DNA of 64,000 bases from the human T2T-CHM13v2.0 reference genome, Homo sapiens, in NCBI RefSeq assembly GCF_009914755.1, contig NC_060939.1; one strand, written 5' to 3'. Below, piece after piece: positions 62,498-64,000 of this stretch. Each line of letters opens with the position of its first letter. Position 1 is the stretch's first letter. The translations under genes were made by a program, and so were the position numbers. A model generated the notes under the pieces. The model had not been told where the DNA came from, made no database searches, and saw nothing but the letters and a program-made list of their open reading frames with translations.

Positions 62498-63179
62498 GTG
62501 GTGAGCCCATTTTTGTTGTGACTGAAACCTAAAGGATTTAAATGATTTATTAAAGACAGAAGCTTTTTCAGAAGAGCACTAAGGCATAATACATTTAATT
62601 GGATGCCTAGGTTTAAGATTATGACTTAAATGGCTTAGTAGTTCTTTAGGCTGTGTCAATCAAGCATCATTTATTGAGCTTTTATTCTTTGAGACTTGTC
62701 TGGTTTTATGGGAAGGCTGGCTTAAATATTTGGGGGATAGGTGCTTGAGAATCCCTACCGAGTTAGATTTTTAAAATCCCGAAACCACTACTCCCATTTG
62801 ACCTCAGTCAATTTCTATGACGTTTTCTATGTGAGGTGGTTGTAGCTTCTCTGGTAGATGTTAATCAGAAACTGGGAATGGGTGACCTTAGAACTAGAGG
62901 AGAACTTATTCACTTGCATATAGAGAGATGTTTTTGTTTTTGGAGAAAAACTGGAAAATACCATCATATTCTAGTACCATTTTGCCTTGAGTTGCTTTTA
63001 TATCCAAAAATTAAATATTTAGTCTCTGGAATTTATATTCTAGACTTTGGTCTTCGTCCTTTGTAATATGACCTTTATGGCCTATTTTTATTATTTTCCT
63101 GAAGTTTTTTTTATAGGATTCCTATTTAGGGTTGTTGTATTTACTTAAATAAGTAACTGTCAGGTATTGATACAGTGCA

Positions 63180-63320
63180 GGAGTTGTACAAACGTTTTCT
63201 GTAAAAGGCCAGATAGTAAATAGTTTTAGACTTTGCAGAGAGCTAGATGGCTCTCTGTTGCGACTAATTGACTGCTGTTGTAGTATAAAAGCAGCTGTAT
63301 TCCATTAAAACTTTAGTAAA
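63180..63320 (+). mobile_element. MER58 fragment
   Basis: AAACGTTTTCTGTAAAAGGCCAGATAGTAAATAGTTTTAGACTTTGC. Confidence 0.7.
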
Positions 63321-63324
63321 AAAG

Positions 63325-63688
<364 letters not shown>

Positions 63689-64000
63689 TCATAACCAGCT
63701 GCCTGTGGAGTGCCCTAAAATCTAAACTGTGTCCTTCTTTTCAGGAGCAGATGACAGCCGTCTGCACTGATTGTCATACAACTGCTTGTTTTACAATCTC
63801 ACTTCCTTGAGATTCATTCTGCCTCTGTGTTATCTGGTCCTTTTCTGTTATTGCTTAACTGCTTTATGCACATAAAATAAGACAAAAAGATTACTGTTTT
63901 AAAAATCTAAAATGTTGAAATATTTTATTTTAGCGATGGAGTCTTACTCTGTCGCCCAGGCTGGAGTGCAGTGGCGCGAACTCAGCTCACTGCAACCTCC

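Overview
Human (or very closely related hominid) genomic DNA from the middle of the MGA gene (MAX dimerization protein MGA, scaffold of non-canonical PRC1.6), on the + strand. I reconstructed 15 consecutive coding exons by hand from GT-AG boundaries with consistent reading-frame phases. They total 5,944 nt and correspond to exons 3-17 of the canonical transcript as I recall its numbering. The N-terminal T-box and C-terminal bHLH-Zip exons lie outside the window. Introns hold roughly 60 Alu copies or fragments, old and young L1 pieces, MaLR LTRs, MER/Tigger DNA-transposon relics, MIR/L2, the MIR626 hairpin, a 5'-truncated RPL6 retrocopy and a ~95-bp SVA stub with an intact target-site duplication (TSD). 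Nearly all short ORFs in the track are Alu/L1 artefacts. I found no new multi-gene system. The most interesting unexplained structures are: (1) a 30-nt stop-containing (poison) microexon candidate with tandem AATAAA signals in repeat-free intron 11 sequence; (2) a locally templated ~235-bp insertion beside the RPL6 retrocopy; (3) one L1-endonuclease site apparently hit twice; (4) the minimal SVA; (5) a 36-bp direct repeat bracketing the alternatively spliced exon 14. Exon coordinates were counted base by base; repeat boundaries are approximate.
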